From positions 1-43,108 of IMG/VR virus record IMGVR_UViG_3300032318_001718: a DNA stretch of 43,108 nt; one strand, given 5' to 3'. The notes under the pieces were generated by a model. The model ran no database searches, was not told the DNA's origin, and saw only the letters and a list, made by a program, of their open reading frames with translations. Shown in pieces: positions 31,914 through 42,622 of the stretch (position 1 is the first letter of the stretch; the number at the start of each line of letters is the position of its first letter). This stretch comes from a virus (Duplodnaviria > Caudoviricetes). The translations under genes were made by a program, and so were the position numbers.

Positions 31914-33186
31914 GATCTATATAACCACGTAGCTCTAGCTGAATTACGCAAAATCCCTGATATTCGTTACCACGAGTCTCCTGTTGCACTATTAAATAGT
32001 TCCAATCATTATCCGTAAAACTAGTTACAATTCCATTTGTGTCAGTACTGAATGTATATGTTAATTCTTCGAAGTCACTAGAGAGTGTCTGATTAGATAA
32101 TAAAGCAGTGCCATTCTCATATATATAATAATTTACCCCAGTACTACCACTCCCGGAGACTATGTTTTTAATGGGGTTTAGTCTTAAATATACATACCGT
32201 GCCTGTGTCTCAACTGGACCGCTCCCATCGTTATAGAAGCCGTTCTCGAATAATAGACGTACCCTAGCACCTGTTATCTTCCAATCAGAATATTTATAAA
32301 ACTTAACAGATACGGTCATATTGGTATCTATATCATCTGGATAATATACTGCCCCAACGGCTCCTATCGGGTCTGGAGCTGAAGATCCAGATGTTGACGA
32401 AAATACGAATGCGAAAGGATACGTCGTCGTAGAATAAATCAATTCCGATGTTTTAGCCGTATCAACATCAATGCTAGGCTTAGAAATCTTGAACACGCCG
32501 TTAGAACCATCAATTTTAAGCCGGTCTGTCGTTGCGTCAGCCATTTTAATAAGTGAATTGTTAAGATCAAAATAAGTTCTACCATCACTGCTCTGTACAA
32601 TGCCAGTCGTAATACTATTACCACTTATCAATGTACCATAAGTGTCTACCGGGAATATTGTCATTCTACCAGAAGCATCGTTTTTAAAAGAAGCAACTAC
32701 AAATTTATTAGTACCTATCGCCGTGTTTTGGCTTATGGTGATAGAATAAGTTGCATCACCTTTCTTATAATATATATAGAATCTGTTCGTGGTGTCAGTT
32801 GTTGTGTAATTCCCTGAGGATATACTTACCGAAGAGCCATCTGCGAATACTATGGTATGTGCGTTCCAATCAATGCGATTTGTTGTTCCATTTGTCCAGA
32901 CTGCATTAGAGTTCCAGTCTTTTGAACCAACCGATAGCACTCTGGTGCTAATAGAATCAGCCGCTAATATATTTCTTTTTGGCTCTATATAATTTGTTAC
33001 AGCGGATTGCGGTATTTGTCCAGCCTTCAGCCCAATTAATTGCGACGACCTCGTTCCATATAAACTAGCGTAGTTAGTCTTCTCAACATCATCAATCTTT
33101 CCATCATCAATAGATAATTTATAGGTGGGTTTGATTACCTGTGCTTTATATTTTAATCTATCAAGAGTGTCATCCATGTTTATCAT
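31906..33186 (-). CDS. tail-associated structural protein
   Basis: Beta-rich, ISGNSITTG..QSSDGRTYFDLNN motif common in tail proteins. Confidence 0.65.
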   Translation of the reverse strand: MINMDDTLDRLKYKAQVIKPTYKLSIDDGKIDDVEKTNYASLYGTRSSQLIGLKAGQIPQSAVTNYIEPKRNILAADSISTRVLSVGSKDWNSNAVWTNGTTNRIDWNAHTIVFADGSSVSISSGNYTTTDTTNRFYIYYKKGDATYSITISQNTAIGTNKFVVASFKNDASGRMTIFPVDTYGTLISGNSITTGIVQSSDGRTYFDLNNSLIKMADATTDRLKIDGSNGVFKISKPSIDVDTAKTSELIYSTTTYPFAFVFSSTSGSSAPDPIGAVGAVYYPDDIDTNMTVSVKFYKYSDWKITGARVRLLFENGFYNDGSGPVETQARYVYLRLNPIKNIVSGSGSTGVNYYIYENGTALLSNQTLSSDFEELTYTFSTDTNGIVTSFTDNDWNYLIVQQETRGNEYQGFCVIQLELRGYIDLS

Positions 33187-34763
33187 ATAGTCTGCGGTCT
33201 AATATTTAATTCTTCTGCGGTTATCATATATCCTATCCCTGATATCTCAAAATCCTCACTGGCTTGGTCATTACCTATTTCTAGACTTAAAGAACGGAAT
33301 TTAAGGCCTTTAGGGAACCCAATAACTTTTATCTTATCAAGACGCGTGGAATAATCACTTTCGTACATGTCAATGACACCATATGTCGTAACTGGGCTTG
33401 CATTGTCTGGATCTGTGATTGAGGTATATGTAAAGTTGCAATCGGTTGCATATTTCACATATAAATATGTATTGTCAGCGGATTGCGGTCTATATTTAAT
33501 TAATAAGCTTTCGTTTGTCTTTGTCTTATAAGTTTTCCCGAAGTCTATAAAAGGTGTTATAGCATATGCACTTATTGCAGTCCCGTTATCATTGGTTCCA
33601 GTATTTAATAGATATACATTGTCATCAGAGCAACCACATACTAGTACCTCTTTATTAGATATTATTGTATTTGTAAATATGAGTGGCTTATAGGGCAATG
33701 TGTATAGTGACCACAAAACTTGAGCCGTTTGAGCTAAAAACCCACGTATAAGACAATTGGTAAAAGACCTGCCACGAAATGTAATATTACCAACAGAAAA
33801 GTAAAACTCGTTACCATCCGCCCCAAAGCATATTGAAGATAAGTTTGATCTACTTATATTATCAATAAGTGAATCCGCATATGTATCATCTTGTATATCC
33901 CACGAAATGTTTTCTGGTTTGCCAGCTCCGCCCCAAGACCATATACGCCCCCTTCTATCCATCCAAATCATCCAATCATTACATTCGCCTATAGATCTTT
34001 GGTTAGCACATCCAACACCGAATAGACTGATAACTCCAGTCCCATTCTCCGCATAACGGATATCAAATGTATAAGCTTTCCTAGCAGTAAATATAATAAT
34101 TTGACCTATCGCACTATTACTGAATAATGCAACAACTGGTTCTGGTAACTGTATAAATCTGGTAGAAGTTGTCATGGTCTCATCATCTTCATAGAGTTGA
34201 TGTCCTGGTATGTTATTTGTCTCATCAAATAAAGAATAATAAACCCTATTCTGGTAGCTTACAGAAGAGCCTCCAATTTCTGTAACATTACCAACAAATA
34301 AAGTACCCTGAGCTACAGCCATACACTTAGCTTTTATTCTATTCCCAGCTGTCCCAACTGCAGTTAGTGTGCCAGTGCTATCCTCATAAGAAAGATTAAG
34401 ACCAGCACCAACCCAATACTTCTGTCCTCTATAATTAACCCCTTCCACGTTACTATTTGGATAACTAGCGAGTATTGATCCTGTCCACGAATCAGTTGTT
34501 GTATCGTATAGTTCTAAATTAGTTCCACGAATCACAGATAATTCTGTTGTGCCATCAAGCTTAGAAAAAGCTATTAAGCCATCGACGCCGTTACCTCCAG
34601 TATCAGTGCCTAATATAACAGACCCAGATCTTTTACCCCATGTACCAGGCTTGCTATTAGATACATTAACTAATAATGGAGAATAGTTTAGAGGTATCTT
34701 GTCCATATCCTGCCTTTGAATCATTCCCTGTAGATTGTCTAACCATATTTCTTTACCTGCCAT
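33183..34763 (-). CDS. tail nozzle/tube protein (P22 gp10 / T7 gp12-like)
   Basis: 526 aa, N-terminal LVNV...PGTWGKRSG, GVGCANQRSI, beta-propeller-like composition; follows the adaptor. Confidence 0.7.
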   Translation of the reverse strand: MAGKEIWLDNLQGMIQRQDMDKIPLNYSPLLVNVSNSKPGTWGKRSGSVILGTDTGGNGVDGLIAFSKLDGTTELSVIRGTNLELYDTTTDSWTGSILASYPNSNVEGVNYRGQKYWVGAGLNLSYEDSTGTLTAVGTAGNRIKAKCMAVAQGTLFVGNVTEIGGSSVSYQNRVYYSLFDETNNIPGHQLYEDDETMTTSTRFIQLPEPVVALFSNSAIGQIIIFTARKAYTFDIRYAENGTGVISLFGVGCANQRSIGECNDWMIWMDRRGRIWSWGGAGKPENISWDIQDDTYADSLIDNISRSNLSSICFGADGNEFYFSVGNITFRGRSFTNCLIRGFLAQTAQVLWSLYTLPYKPLIFTNTIISNKEVLVCGCSDDNVYLLNTGTNDNGTAISAYAITPFIDFGKTYKTKTNESLLIKYRPQSADNTYLYVKYATDCNFTYTSITDPDNASPVTTYGVIDMYESDYSTRLDKIKVIGFPKGLKFRSLSLEIGNDQASEDFEISGIGYMITAEELNIRPQTI

Positions 34764-34768
34764 TTGTG

Positions 34769-35722
34769 TTATATGTTTCTAGAATATAAAGCATTGTAAT
34801 AATCACCCAATTTGATTTTATGTGGTCCACTTCTCGTTTTTAACTTTAGATTGCGTACTAAAGCTAGAGTTCCCTTGGGTAATATCATACCAGTTCTTGG
34901 ATCTCTTTCTTCATATCTTTCTGCCTCATTAAATTTATCAAGTCTCCTAAATCCCCATGCAGTAACTCCATTTATAATAACATCGCTAATACCGGCGTTC
35001 CTGAGGCGTGGTTCGTCGCTCGAACTACTTAGAGACGATGGGCGCTCTGTATATAAAAGCTGTAGTTTGCCATCGTAATGTGTTGGATACGGTATTATAC
35101 CTATCGCACTTGTTGGCACGCCACCAACATCTACTGTAGTCTCGTAAAAAATTGGACTAGCCGTGCTGTATCTATCTGATTCGTACATAACAGTACGTTT
35201 ATTGGCTCTAGTACACTGTGTAAAATAGCTATCGCTCGAGTTATATTTTATACCGATACTTGATAGTTCTTTCGCATCAGTCGCACCGCCACCTAAAGTA
35301 AATTCATTACCTAAAACGTATATAGTATCCCCGTCCCATGTATCACCGATGGTCGTATCTACAGTAACCTGTGTCGCACTAGAATATGTAACTATTTTAA
35401 CGTATTCATCATCCGTTGCATTATACACCTGAAAACCCTCCATTGAGTTGGCAAAAATACTAGTTGTAGCAATTAGTGTTGTGCTAGTAGAGCTGGCACT
35501 AACAGTACCCGTTGCTGTATACGTACTTACAGGATAAGTAGTTTGTTCAAATTCTTGTGGGAATTTATCAGACAAATAAGGAAATAATACTTCTAAATAA
35601 ATATCATTTACTTTATTTCCGATACTAGTTTCTGTAAAAATCCCGCTAACGATAGTAGAATCATCGCTAGCTAAAACTCCTAAATTATCTGCTATTCTTT
35701 TTTTAATATTTTCAAATGTCAT
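34769..35722 (-). CDS. head-tail adaptor protein with an inserted beta domain
   Basis: MTFENIKKRIADNL start, IGIIPYP..YDGKLQLLY..RP motif, synteny. Confidence 0.65.
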   Translation of the reverse strand: MTFENIKKRIADNLGVLASDDSTIVSGIFTETSIGNKVNDIYLEVLFPYLSDKFPQEFEQTTYPVSTYTATGTVSASSTSTTLIATTSIFANSMEGFQVYNATDDEYVKIVTYSSATQVTVDTTIGDTWDGDTIYVLGNEFTLGGGATDAKELSSIGIKYNSSDSYFTQCTRANKRTVMYESDRYSTASPIFYETTVDVGGVPTSAIGIIPYPTHYDGKLQLLYTERPSSLSSSSDEPRLRNAGISDVIINGVTAWGFRRLDKFNEAERYEERDPRTGMILPKGTLALVRNLKLKTRSGPHKIKLGDYYNALYSRNI

Positions 35723-35736
35723 GTTTAGTTTATGTG

Positions 35737-37392
35737 TTAAATTTCCGCATCGTCAGTATAATGGAATCTAATCCCATTAAGATTCGCGGTCGACGCGTAT
35801 AGCTGAAAACCATTACAACCAATACTAGTAATGCCACCGTACGATTGATTTGTGTTCCATGAATCACTAATCGAAAGATCACATTTGCCGGAGTGACCAA
35901 CGGCATCATATATCGTAGGGGTTGTCGCCACCCGTTTTTCCGTTTTATAGGTCACGCCTACAGCCATCGTTAATGCCCCCGTGGATGGAGTCGCACTACC
36001 GCATATATCGGCAGCGGTTGAGGCTCCTACGGCTGTTGCATACCCCCAACTTTTTTCATAATACCGCCTGCATGAATCTAACTCGTCGCCGAAGCTCCTC
36101 GGCTGGAATGGTAAAGCAACATCGCCAGCACATAATTGTACTTGCGCAATATCAATGTCTCCAGAGCCGACAAAGGTTTCCGCTACTCCAGTAGAACCTA
36201 CAACTTCAGAAGAAGTGCCTGTACCCCACATAATAGAAAAGAAAAGCATGATTAAATCATTATTATCAGTTCCGAAAGTCTTACCTACAAGTGTGTTTGT
36301 CGTAAAAGTATAAGTATATTTCGTCCACGTGCTTGTCAATGTCCAATTCGTGCCATTTATATTCTCACCACTACTCGGCGAACCTGTTGTCCCGTAACTC
36401 TGTTGTAAATAAATGCCGATCTTTTTATTAGCAATGGAACTTCTTGCCCAAAAAGATACGGTGACTTTCTTATCAACGCCACAAAGATATCTCGTGGCGT
36501 TTTCTAGACGTGTTAATATTTTATACGTATCGTTTGCGCCATACCCACTGCCCGCTCCATTTGTATTAATTCTATAATGATAATAGGCGTTAGTTATATC
36601 ACCAGATGTCAATAATTGCCTAGAATGTATTATCGTCGTTGGCAGGGTGCCAGTATTAGCTATACTGACTCTAAATCTATCTGCCGTATATATTGTGTCG
36701 CCGGGATTCGTGAAGCTCGTACCTCTTTGCCAGATATCAAAATTACCGTTAATTATCGCCTGACGAGCCATGCCGTAATAAGTAAAATTATCTCCGGCGT
36801 TAGCATCTAATGCAGATCCGGTAGAAATAGTTTTATTAGTTAAAGTCTGTGCAACATCCGTACCTACTATCGTAGTGTTTGCATCAGGAGATGTAAGAGT
36901 TCTTGTATTGCCAGTGGTGATTCCAGAAGCTTGGAATTTTATCTTCTTAGTAGCATCAGAGTCATCAACAATATATGTTGTGTTATCAACAAAAGATTTA
37001 TTATTTAACGTTTCTACGCCACTATCTGTTCCTGTACTAGATTTATTAGTAATTACTGGAGAAGTTAAAGTTTTATTCGATAATGTTTCTGTACCAGTAT
37101 CAGCACCTGTACTGGTCTTATTGGTTATAGTGGGGGATGTAAGTGTTTTATTAGTTAGAGTCTCAGTCCCAGTCTTGCTAACGGCTTTATCGGTGCCAGT
37201 AACTCCAGAGAGCTTATAATCATGAGTAGCAGTAACCGCTGAGCTATTTGCGCCGACTTTTGCTTCTAATGCCTCAATAGAATCATAAATATTATCAATT
37301 ACGACATCGCCTTCAACGCCAGACGTATCCATAGTATCTGTTGCCAGAGGTCTCTGATACGCGTCAATACTTGTAGGATAACTAGTCGCCAT
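35737..37392 (-). CDS. tail fibre with carbohydrate-binding-like domain
   Basis: TETLTNKTLTSP repeats, IINGNFDIWQRGTSF, VTVSFWARS, ELDSCRRYYEK; probable start MATSYP at 37392. Confidence 0.8.
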   Translation of the reverse strand: MATSYPTSIDAYQRPLATDTMDTSGVEGDVVIDNIYDSIEALEAKVGANSSAVTATHDYKLSGVTGTDKAVSKTGTETLTNKTLTSPTITNKTSTGADTGTETLSNKTLTSPVITNKSSTGTDSGVETLNNKSFVDNTTYIVDDSDATKKIKFQASGITTGNTRTLTSPDANTTIVGTDVAQTLTNKTISTGSALDANAGDNFTYYGMARQAIINGNFDIWQRGTSFTNPGDTIYTADRFRVSIANTGTLPTTIIHSRQLLTSGDITNAYYHYRINTNGAGSGYGANDTYKILTRLENATRYLCGVDKKVTVSFWARSSIANKKIGIYLQQSYGTTGSPSSGENINGTNWTLTSTWTKYTYTFTTNTLVGKTFGTDNNDLIMLFFSIMWGTGTSSEVVGSTGVAETFVGSGDIDIAQVQLCAGDVALPFQPRSFGDELDSCRRYYEKSWGYATAVGASTAADICGSATPSTGALTMAVGVTYKTEKRVATTPTIYDAVGHSGKCDLSISDSWNTNQSYGGITSIGCNGFQLYASTANLNGIRFHYTDDAEI

Positions 37393-37432
37393 TTTCTCTT
37401 TAGCATAGGCTACATATAACAATTACTAAAAA

Positions 37433-37660
37433 TCAAGATAAGCTCTGTGTATCGGTAAACGTACTCGCCGTTGTTGACTTGTTAAATATACTAGTTCGGT
37501 AGCTCCCTCGCCATGTATAAGAATTCCTCCAAGTCAAAGCAGATCTCCAAGCCATTACATTAGATGTAAGTTGTGACGGACTTGTATCTGCATCAGCCCA
37601 ATCACCCCATGTCTTTTCTGTACCTGTTAGATCCTCAAAAGTTGTTGTTATAAATGTCAT
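37433..37660 (-). CDS. small Trp/Thr-rich structural protein
   Basis: TW/WR repeats, lies between spike and fibre genes. Confidence 0.55.
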   Translation of the reverse strand: MTFITTTFEDLTGTEKTWGDWADADTSPSQLTSNVMAWRSALTWRNSYTWRGSYRTSIFNKSTTASTFTDTQSLS

Positions 37661-37662
37661 AA

Positions 37663-39330
37663 TTAGTAGCTTCTATTAATTTGATACCTTATCGTTTTAG
37701 ATCCGCCTAAGCGATTCTTCAATATAAGATTATTTCCAGTTTTAAAAATACTCAGTTTCCCATCTGTATCTGCGTTGTCAACATTAGCCGAGTTGCTTAT
37801 CAATACAACTGCCCCACTTCCGGCAGGGAAGCTGAATAAGGCGTAGGCTTCATTATCACCAATTTGAGCCATCCCCCATCCAGGAGTACTCTGTACGTCG
37901 ATACTTTCATTCGCGTCGTCCTCCAATGTTGTACTATGCGAATCCCAGATAACATTATTTACTGTTTGATTAAGTGTGCCAAAACCCTTATTACATATAA
38001 AATCTGCTGTTGACACGTTCGTTGTGGCTATAGAACTATTGACAGCACTACATCCAGTTATCAAAGAATCGCCAGTTATATCAGAGAAGTTGAAATCATA
38101 GCCATTCGGATTCGAGGAGGTACAATTACTCATTTTAAGATTGGTTATAAATCTTACATCACAAGAATTTACACTCGTGCCATCAGACTCAAACGTACAA
38201 TCATCTAATGTTAGATCTTTAATCTTATAAAATAAAGCCCCTTGTTTTCCAGAAAAGTAACAATTAACAAATTTTATATCTTCATATGTATCTAATGTAT
38301 CTGCGGCCGAACCAAATGAATACCCCTCATCAGAAATAAGCTGGCAATTTACAAAATATATATGCTTAACAGTACCCGCCGTTGTTGCGGTAAATCTCAA
38401 TGCGGCAGTAATATTTATACGTATAATACAATTAGCAACCACCACATTGTAAATACCCGTTGTATCTCCAGACTGTATGTGTATTCCGTATGTAGCGACA
38501 TCACGTGTCGTACTATCAGCAGTAACATTTACCATTGTTATGTCCTGTGTATCACGAGATACCGCATCAGCAGCTCGTATAAATACATTCGTACCAGTTT
38601 CATTATTTAACGCAATATTACATATCTGTACTTTTTGGCTATGGTAAACTAATAATCCTCTTTGAGACCCACCTGCCCTATCGCCAACATCTTCTATATC
38701 AGCTGTTATATTGGATAAATTTACATTAGTTGAATCTCCTATGACAATTGGATGCTCTAAATTTTTAAAATGTAAATCATGGAAATTTGCATAGTCTACA
38801 GGAAACGTATAAAGCCCCGTATGCCCATCTCGGAAATAACAACTATGGACCTCAACATTTGTTGATCTTGTGGCACCGTCATTATCGAAAAATATACCAT
38901 TGCCAGATTCATATTGATTAGTAGTACTATTTGGGTATAGTTGATTGCCCTCAAAGTATATCCTACTAATTTCTATGTTTTCTCTTCCCTTAAACCTCAT
39001 CAAAGCTTTATTCTCAAAGTCTGCAAGTGTCTCGGTCAGCGAAGTGTCATAGAGTCTAGTATTTTTACCAGATCCTTCAATTACTATGTTATCTGCGGCT
39101 ATAATATGTGCCAATGAATCACTGGTAGTCATATTATAATCGCCAGCTTTAATTATAGCCTTTTTATGTTCATAACTCGCTCGTTCGATACAATTAATTA
39201 TGTCACTGTAATTTGATTCTGTTGCTACAGTTAAATAGTCACCATATTGATCGAGCTGAGTCGCTACAACAGACTGATTAAATTCGGAATTATTCGGATA
39301 ACCAGTTGTTTGTTCGATAAAATTAGACAT
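37663..39330 (-). CDS. tailspike with right-handed beta-helix (pectate-lyase-like)
   Basis: NIVIEGSGKNTRL, repeated F.NC.F / I.NC.I strands, Asn/Cys ladders. Confidence 0.8.
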   Translation of the reverse strand: MSNFIEQTTGYPNNSEFNQSVVATQLDQYGDYLTVATESNYSDIINCIERASYEHKKAIIKAGDYNMTTSDSLAHIIAADNIVIEGSGKNTRLYDTSLTETLADFENKALMRFKGRENIEISRIYFEGNQLYPNSTTNQYESGNGIFFDNDGATRSTNVEVHSCYFRDGHTGLYTFPVDYANFHDLHFKNLEHPIVIGDSTNVNLSNITADIEDVGDRAGGSQRGLLVYHSQKVQICNIALNNETGTNVFIRAADAVSRDTQDITMVNVTADSTTRDVATYGIHIQSGDTTGIYNVVVANCIIRINITAALRFTATTAGTVKHIYFVNCQLISDEGYSFGSAADTLDTYEDIKFVNCYFSGKQGALFYKIKDLTLDDCTFESDGTSVNSCDVRFITNLKMSNCTSSNPNGYDFNFSDITGDSLITGCSAVNSSIATTNVSTADFICNKGFGTLNQTVNNVIWDSHSTTLEDDANESIDVQSTPGWGMAQIGDNEAYALFSFPAGSGAVVLISNSANVDNADTDGKLSIFKTGNNLILKNRLGGSKTIRYQINRSY

Positions 39331-39343
39331 TGTTTACCTTAAA

Positions 39344-40264
39344 CTATGACCATGTATCATGTGCCACTCGTCGCCATGTATTAGCTGCTGTGCATATATA
39401 CAAATAGCTCGCATCCCAACAAAAATCACCCGTTGTGCCTGCGTCTCCAGCACTAGATGGTGTCTTTGCAGTTTTTAATCCTAATTCTCCAGTTCTTTTG
39501 AATGTGAAGATTTCTGTTGCCGCTCCACCATTTGCGAGCCAAATTGAGGCGTCTGCAGAGCCAGTGGAAGCGTGGTGGCTAACATTCTTAAATACTAGAC
39601 CGCCTGTATACATCGCTCCTGCATTTAAATTAGAAAAAGCGGTCAAATTATTCGTTGTGCTATTAGAGTTTTGAACTACACTTTGTATGGTAAACGGTGC
39701 TATTGTCGAGGTGCTACCACTTGATATGACATGCCTCGCACCATATAACGTAGTTACCCCATCATAAGCCATTTTCCAAAGATTAGTAGTCTGGTAATAA
39801 AGATAAAACTCGGTTATATCATCTGCGGTAGTTCTTGGTATTGATTGGAATTTAAATCTTCTTTTAGCTTCTGCGGCACCCGTCCAGTTTGATGATTCAA
39901 ATTCTAAAGTATAAGAAGGCTTTTGATCGTTTCTCTGGGTGGCACTTACCCCATTTTGTGTGATAGAAGAAATAGCTCCTACATTAACGGCTCCGGTAAA
40001 TGTCGCACCAGCCAGTGCGGCTTTGCCAGTGAATTGCGTCTGTATTGCAGATGTGACTCCGCTTAGGTAGCCTAATTCTGTATCAGTCACTGATGATGGT
40101 GTTATCACTCCAGATGAATTAGAGGTCAAAGCTCTACTTGCGGTAGTAGTGGCTAGTTTTGTTAGTGCAATCGCAGCAGTTGTGTTTATATCGGCATTAA
40201 CAATTGAGCCGTCAGTAATTTCTGCACTGGCTACTGTTAATACTTGTGGATTTTTATATGACAT
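39344..40264 (-). CDS. fibre protein
   Basis: IVNADIN..AAIALTKL and VTDTELGYLSGVTSAIQTQ shaft motifs; C-terminal GDFCWDASYLYICTAANTWRRV. Confidence 0.75.
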   Translation of the reverse strand: MSYKNPQVLTVASAEITDGSIVNADINTTAAIALTKLATTTASRALTSNSSGVITPSSVTDTELGYLSGVTSAIQTQFTGKAALAGATFTGAVNVGAISSITQNGVSATQRNDQKPSYTLEFESSNWTGAAEAKRRFKFQSIPRTTADDITEFYLYYQTTNLWKMAYDGVTTLYGARHVISSGSTSTIAPFTIQSVVQNSNSTTNNLTAFSNLNAGAMYTGGLVFKNVSHHASTGSADASIWLANGGAATEIFTFKRTGELGLKTAKTPSSAGDAGTTGDFCWDASYLYICTAANTWRRVAHDTWS

Positions 40265-40291
40265 TTTTGTTTGTTTTAGTTAATTTAATTA

Positions 40292-41596
40292 TCAGGTCTC
40301 GCCCAAATATATAATATTAAGATTGCTATAATAAATAGTAAAATCTATGCTTCCTGCATTATCGTGTCTCACACGAACGTCTATGTCCTTGTTAGCAGAT
40401 GTTACGTCTATTATTCCCGTAAACGAAGCACTTCCCCTATCGCCAGCGGTGCCTATCTTGCGTTCCCAATGAACATTATCTTGTTCTGTTCCATCCAAAA
40501 ATAACGCCCCAAAAAATGTGACGTTGTTTGTACCGCAAGTAAAACTAAAAGACCCATCGACTTTATAAATTCCAGCTCTAGTTATAGTGATTTTATCATT
40601 CGTGGCATCTGGCGTGACATTAGAAGAAGCCTCATTGTCTGTATAGCATGTTAACTTAGTATATGTAGCTCCAGTTGGTATAGATTGAGCTGCAGAAGCG
40701 TCATGTACATGTATTCCAGCAAAAGTCCCTGCCTGATATAGATAACCTACGGCAGTTAGAGAGTCGTCCGTCTTAAGCATGTTGGCAGCCGATCTATATA
40801 AGTTAGTGTCCCTACTACCAGAACCGCTCCCCCATTCTATTAGACCAGCAATATTAATTGTTAATCTACCAAATGACTCGCCGTTTACTGTCGTTTGATA
40901 GGCTCTAGAAGTAGATGTGGGCGAGCGCATGCTTATAAGAGCGTTTGTGTGTGTAGTACTACCAGTATTTCTAATGACAAGAACATCTGCATCTATATCA
41001 CGTTCGACATGCAATCGGCCAGCAGGCGCACCCGCACTTCCTATTCTCATACCACCAATTCCAGAGAAGTTCCATGGTGTGTCACCAGAAATAACGATTC
41101 TCGCTAAATTTGTGTCATGTTTTATAAAAGCACCTGCGGCGTCAGTGCCTATCTGGAAGTTTAGATCGTTATAAACCTTAACGTGTGTATTCGGAAATGA
41201 TGTTAGCGCGACATCTTCACCAAACGATATTTGGAACCTAGTAATAGCAGTTACCCAGTCAGCCTTGACGGTCTCAAAATTCATGTGTTGATGAATAGAC
41301 TCCCCAGTCGAGGCAGGCGAGTCATAATGCAATGTTATCCATCCCCATTTCTTATATCCGCTTGGCGCTGTAAACGTTGCGGAGTTATTCTGCTGGTAAG
41401 TATATGTAGCTATACCGTATGCGTGTGAAGCACCATCCATAACCCCACCCCATTCAACAATGCCCCCCTTGCTACTTTCTCCATCCGTCATATCTGGATA
41501 TATGAATTTTAGAGGTGGATCAGATATCGAGAAATTTTCTGCCGGGAAAGCAAATTGCGAGGCAGTATTTATTTTATTATTTCCATAGCAATACAT
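40292..41596 (-). CDS. fibre protein with C1q/TNF-like C-terminal jelly-roll
   Basis: DTNLYRSAANMLKTDD shaft motif; ITITRAGIYKVDGSFSF...DIDVRVRH. Confidence 0.7.
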   Translation of the reverse strand: MYCYGNNKINTASQFAFPAENFSISDPPLKFIYPDMTDGESSKGGIVEWGGVMDGASHAYGIATYTYQQNNSATFTAPSGYKKWGWITLHYDSPASTGESIHQHMNFETVKADWVTAITRFQISFGEDVALTSFPNTHVKVYNDLNFQIGTDAAGAFIKHDTNLARIVISGDTPWNFSGIGGMRIGSAGAPAGRLHVERDIDADVLVIRNTGSTTHTNALISMRSPTSTSRAYQTTVNGESFGRLTINIAGLIEWGSGSGSRDTNLYRSAANMLKTDDSLTAVGYLYQAGTFAGIHVHDASAAQSIPTGATYTKLTCYTDNEASSNVTPDATNDKITITRAGIYKVDGSFSFTCGTNNVTFFGALFLDGTEQDNVHWERKIGTAGDRGSASFTGIIDVTSANKDIDVRVRHDNAGSIDFTIYYSNLNIIYLGET

Positions 41597-41597
41597 G

Positions 41598-42029
41598 TTA
41601 ACGTCCGTTTACGATTGCGATAACGTAGGCACTTCCCCCGTTTGCCGCTATACCTGTTTCTTTTAAGCTAACTTTAACATATGGGTCGTTTGCCTCGAAT
41701 CTCATCGGGAAAGCCTTATACGTGCCAGCTGCTGCAGTTGTTGTATAACTATGCTCTAATTCAGTATGTGTCACTGTAGATGATGTTATTGTTTCTGCTG
41801 ATTCTTGCACTAAAACAGTATCTGTATTGTTTACCATATACTCTAACTTTGCTTGTATTGAGTTACCACTTTCTGCAGTACCCATTGTGTAATAAACATA
41901 AAGAGTTACCCTATCTCCTTTTTTAAGATTCAGGATTGCAGAGTTGCCAGCAATATAAGAACCCGTTAGAGTAACTGGAGAAGCGGCACTACCGATTAAG
42001 TTGATTGTATTTTGTGTATAACTATCCAT
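41598..42029 (-). CDS. small beta-sandwich structural protein
   Basis: 143 aa, beta-rich, in the morphogenesis operon. Confidence 0.6.
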   Translation of the reverse strand: MDSYTQNTINLIGSAASPVTLTGSYIAGNSAILNLKKGDRVTLYVYYTMGTAESGNSIQAKLEYMVNNTDTVLVQESAETITSSTVTHTELEHSYTTTAAAGTYKAFPMRFEANDPYVKVSLKETGIAANGGSAYVIAIVNGR

Positions 42030-42360
42030 TTTGTTTGTTTATTAATTCAATTAATTCGTCCTTTGTGAGTCCCACTTTATATATCCCCAATTCTCTAGCT
42101 TTTTTGACAAGTTGCCCCCAAGGCAGTGACTCTATTGCTTGCGACTGTACCTCATGCGGAGTTTCTTGTTTTACTTCCTCAGTATCGGCACGTCCTTCGG
42201 CTTTCGTAAGAAAAGGAAATGTCGATAAAAATCTATCGACATCCTTCTCGTCTTCCATCTCAACAAATCCGCCAACTTTTAGGTTGTAGACTTTGTGGTT
42301 ATGATTTGTCCAGCCATTAATATCTTGTCCTCCTTCGATTTTAGGATAATGGATTCTCAT
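42022..42360 (-). CDS. protein with C-terminal HeH/Rho-N-like motif
   Basis: LPWGQLVKKARELGIYKVGLTKDELIELI. Confidence 0.65.
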   Translation of the reverse strand: MRIHYPKIEGGQDINGWTNHNHKVYNLKVGGFVEMEDEKDVDRFLSTFPFLTKAEGRADTEEVKQETPHEVQSQAIESLPWGQLVKKARELGIYKVGLTKDELIELINKQNG

Positions 42361-42553
42361 TTTTATTATTCTTATTAGATTTATCAGGTTTAACTGGACT
42401 AACTTCTGCCGTAGCTTTTGTTTCGCTAACAGTAGATCTTTTTGCTATTTCTTCATTTAGATATCTTAGATTGGTTTGAGCCCTCTCTAATATAGCAATT
42501 TGGTCATAAGCTAAAGATTTTAGTTCATCGATTGTTTTTGTTGATATATCCAT
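42341..42553 (-). CDS. small coiled-coil protein
   Basis: TIDELKSLAYDQIAILE..Q.NL..LN.EIAKR pattern seen next to phage fibre genes. Confidence 0.65.
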   Translation of the reverse strand: MDISTKTIDELKSLAYDQIAILERAQTNLRYLNEEIAKRSTVSETKATAEVSPVKPDKSNKNNKNENPLS

Positions 42554-42575
42554 ATTTATTTTGTTTTTTATTTCC

Positions 42576-42609
42576 CTATCTAGGGATTAATTATATCATC
42601 CCTAGATAG
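42576..42609. other. perfect 12-bp intergenic hairpin
   Basis: CTATCTAGGGAT-N10-ATCCCTAGATAG; no U tract on the coding strand, so possibly a processing or stability element. Confidence 0.6.
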
Positions 42610-42622
42610 AAATTTCATCAGA

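Noticed and set aside
27485-41428. Numerous plus-strand ORFs opposite ejection, tail and fibre genes
   Set aside because: Antisense shadows of long coding genes; only the gene at 31371-31913 occupies its own space
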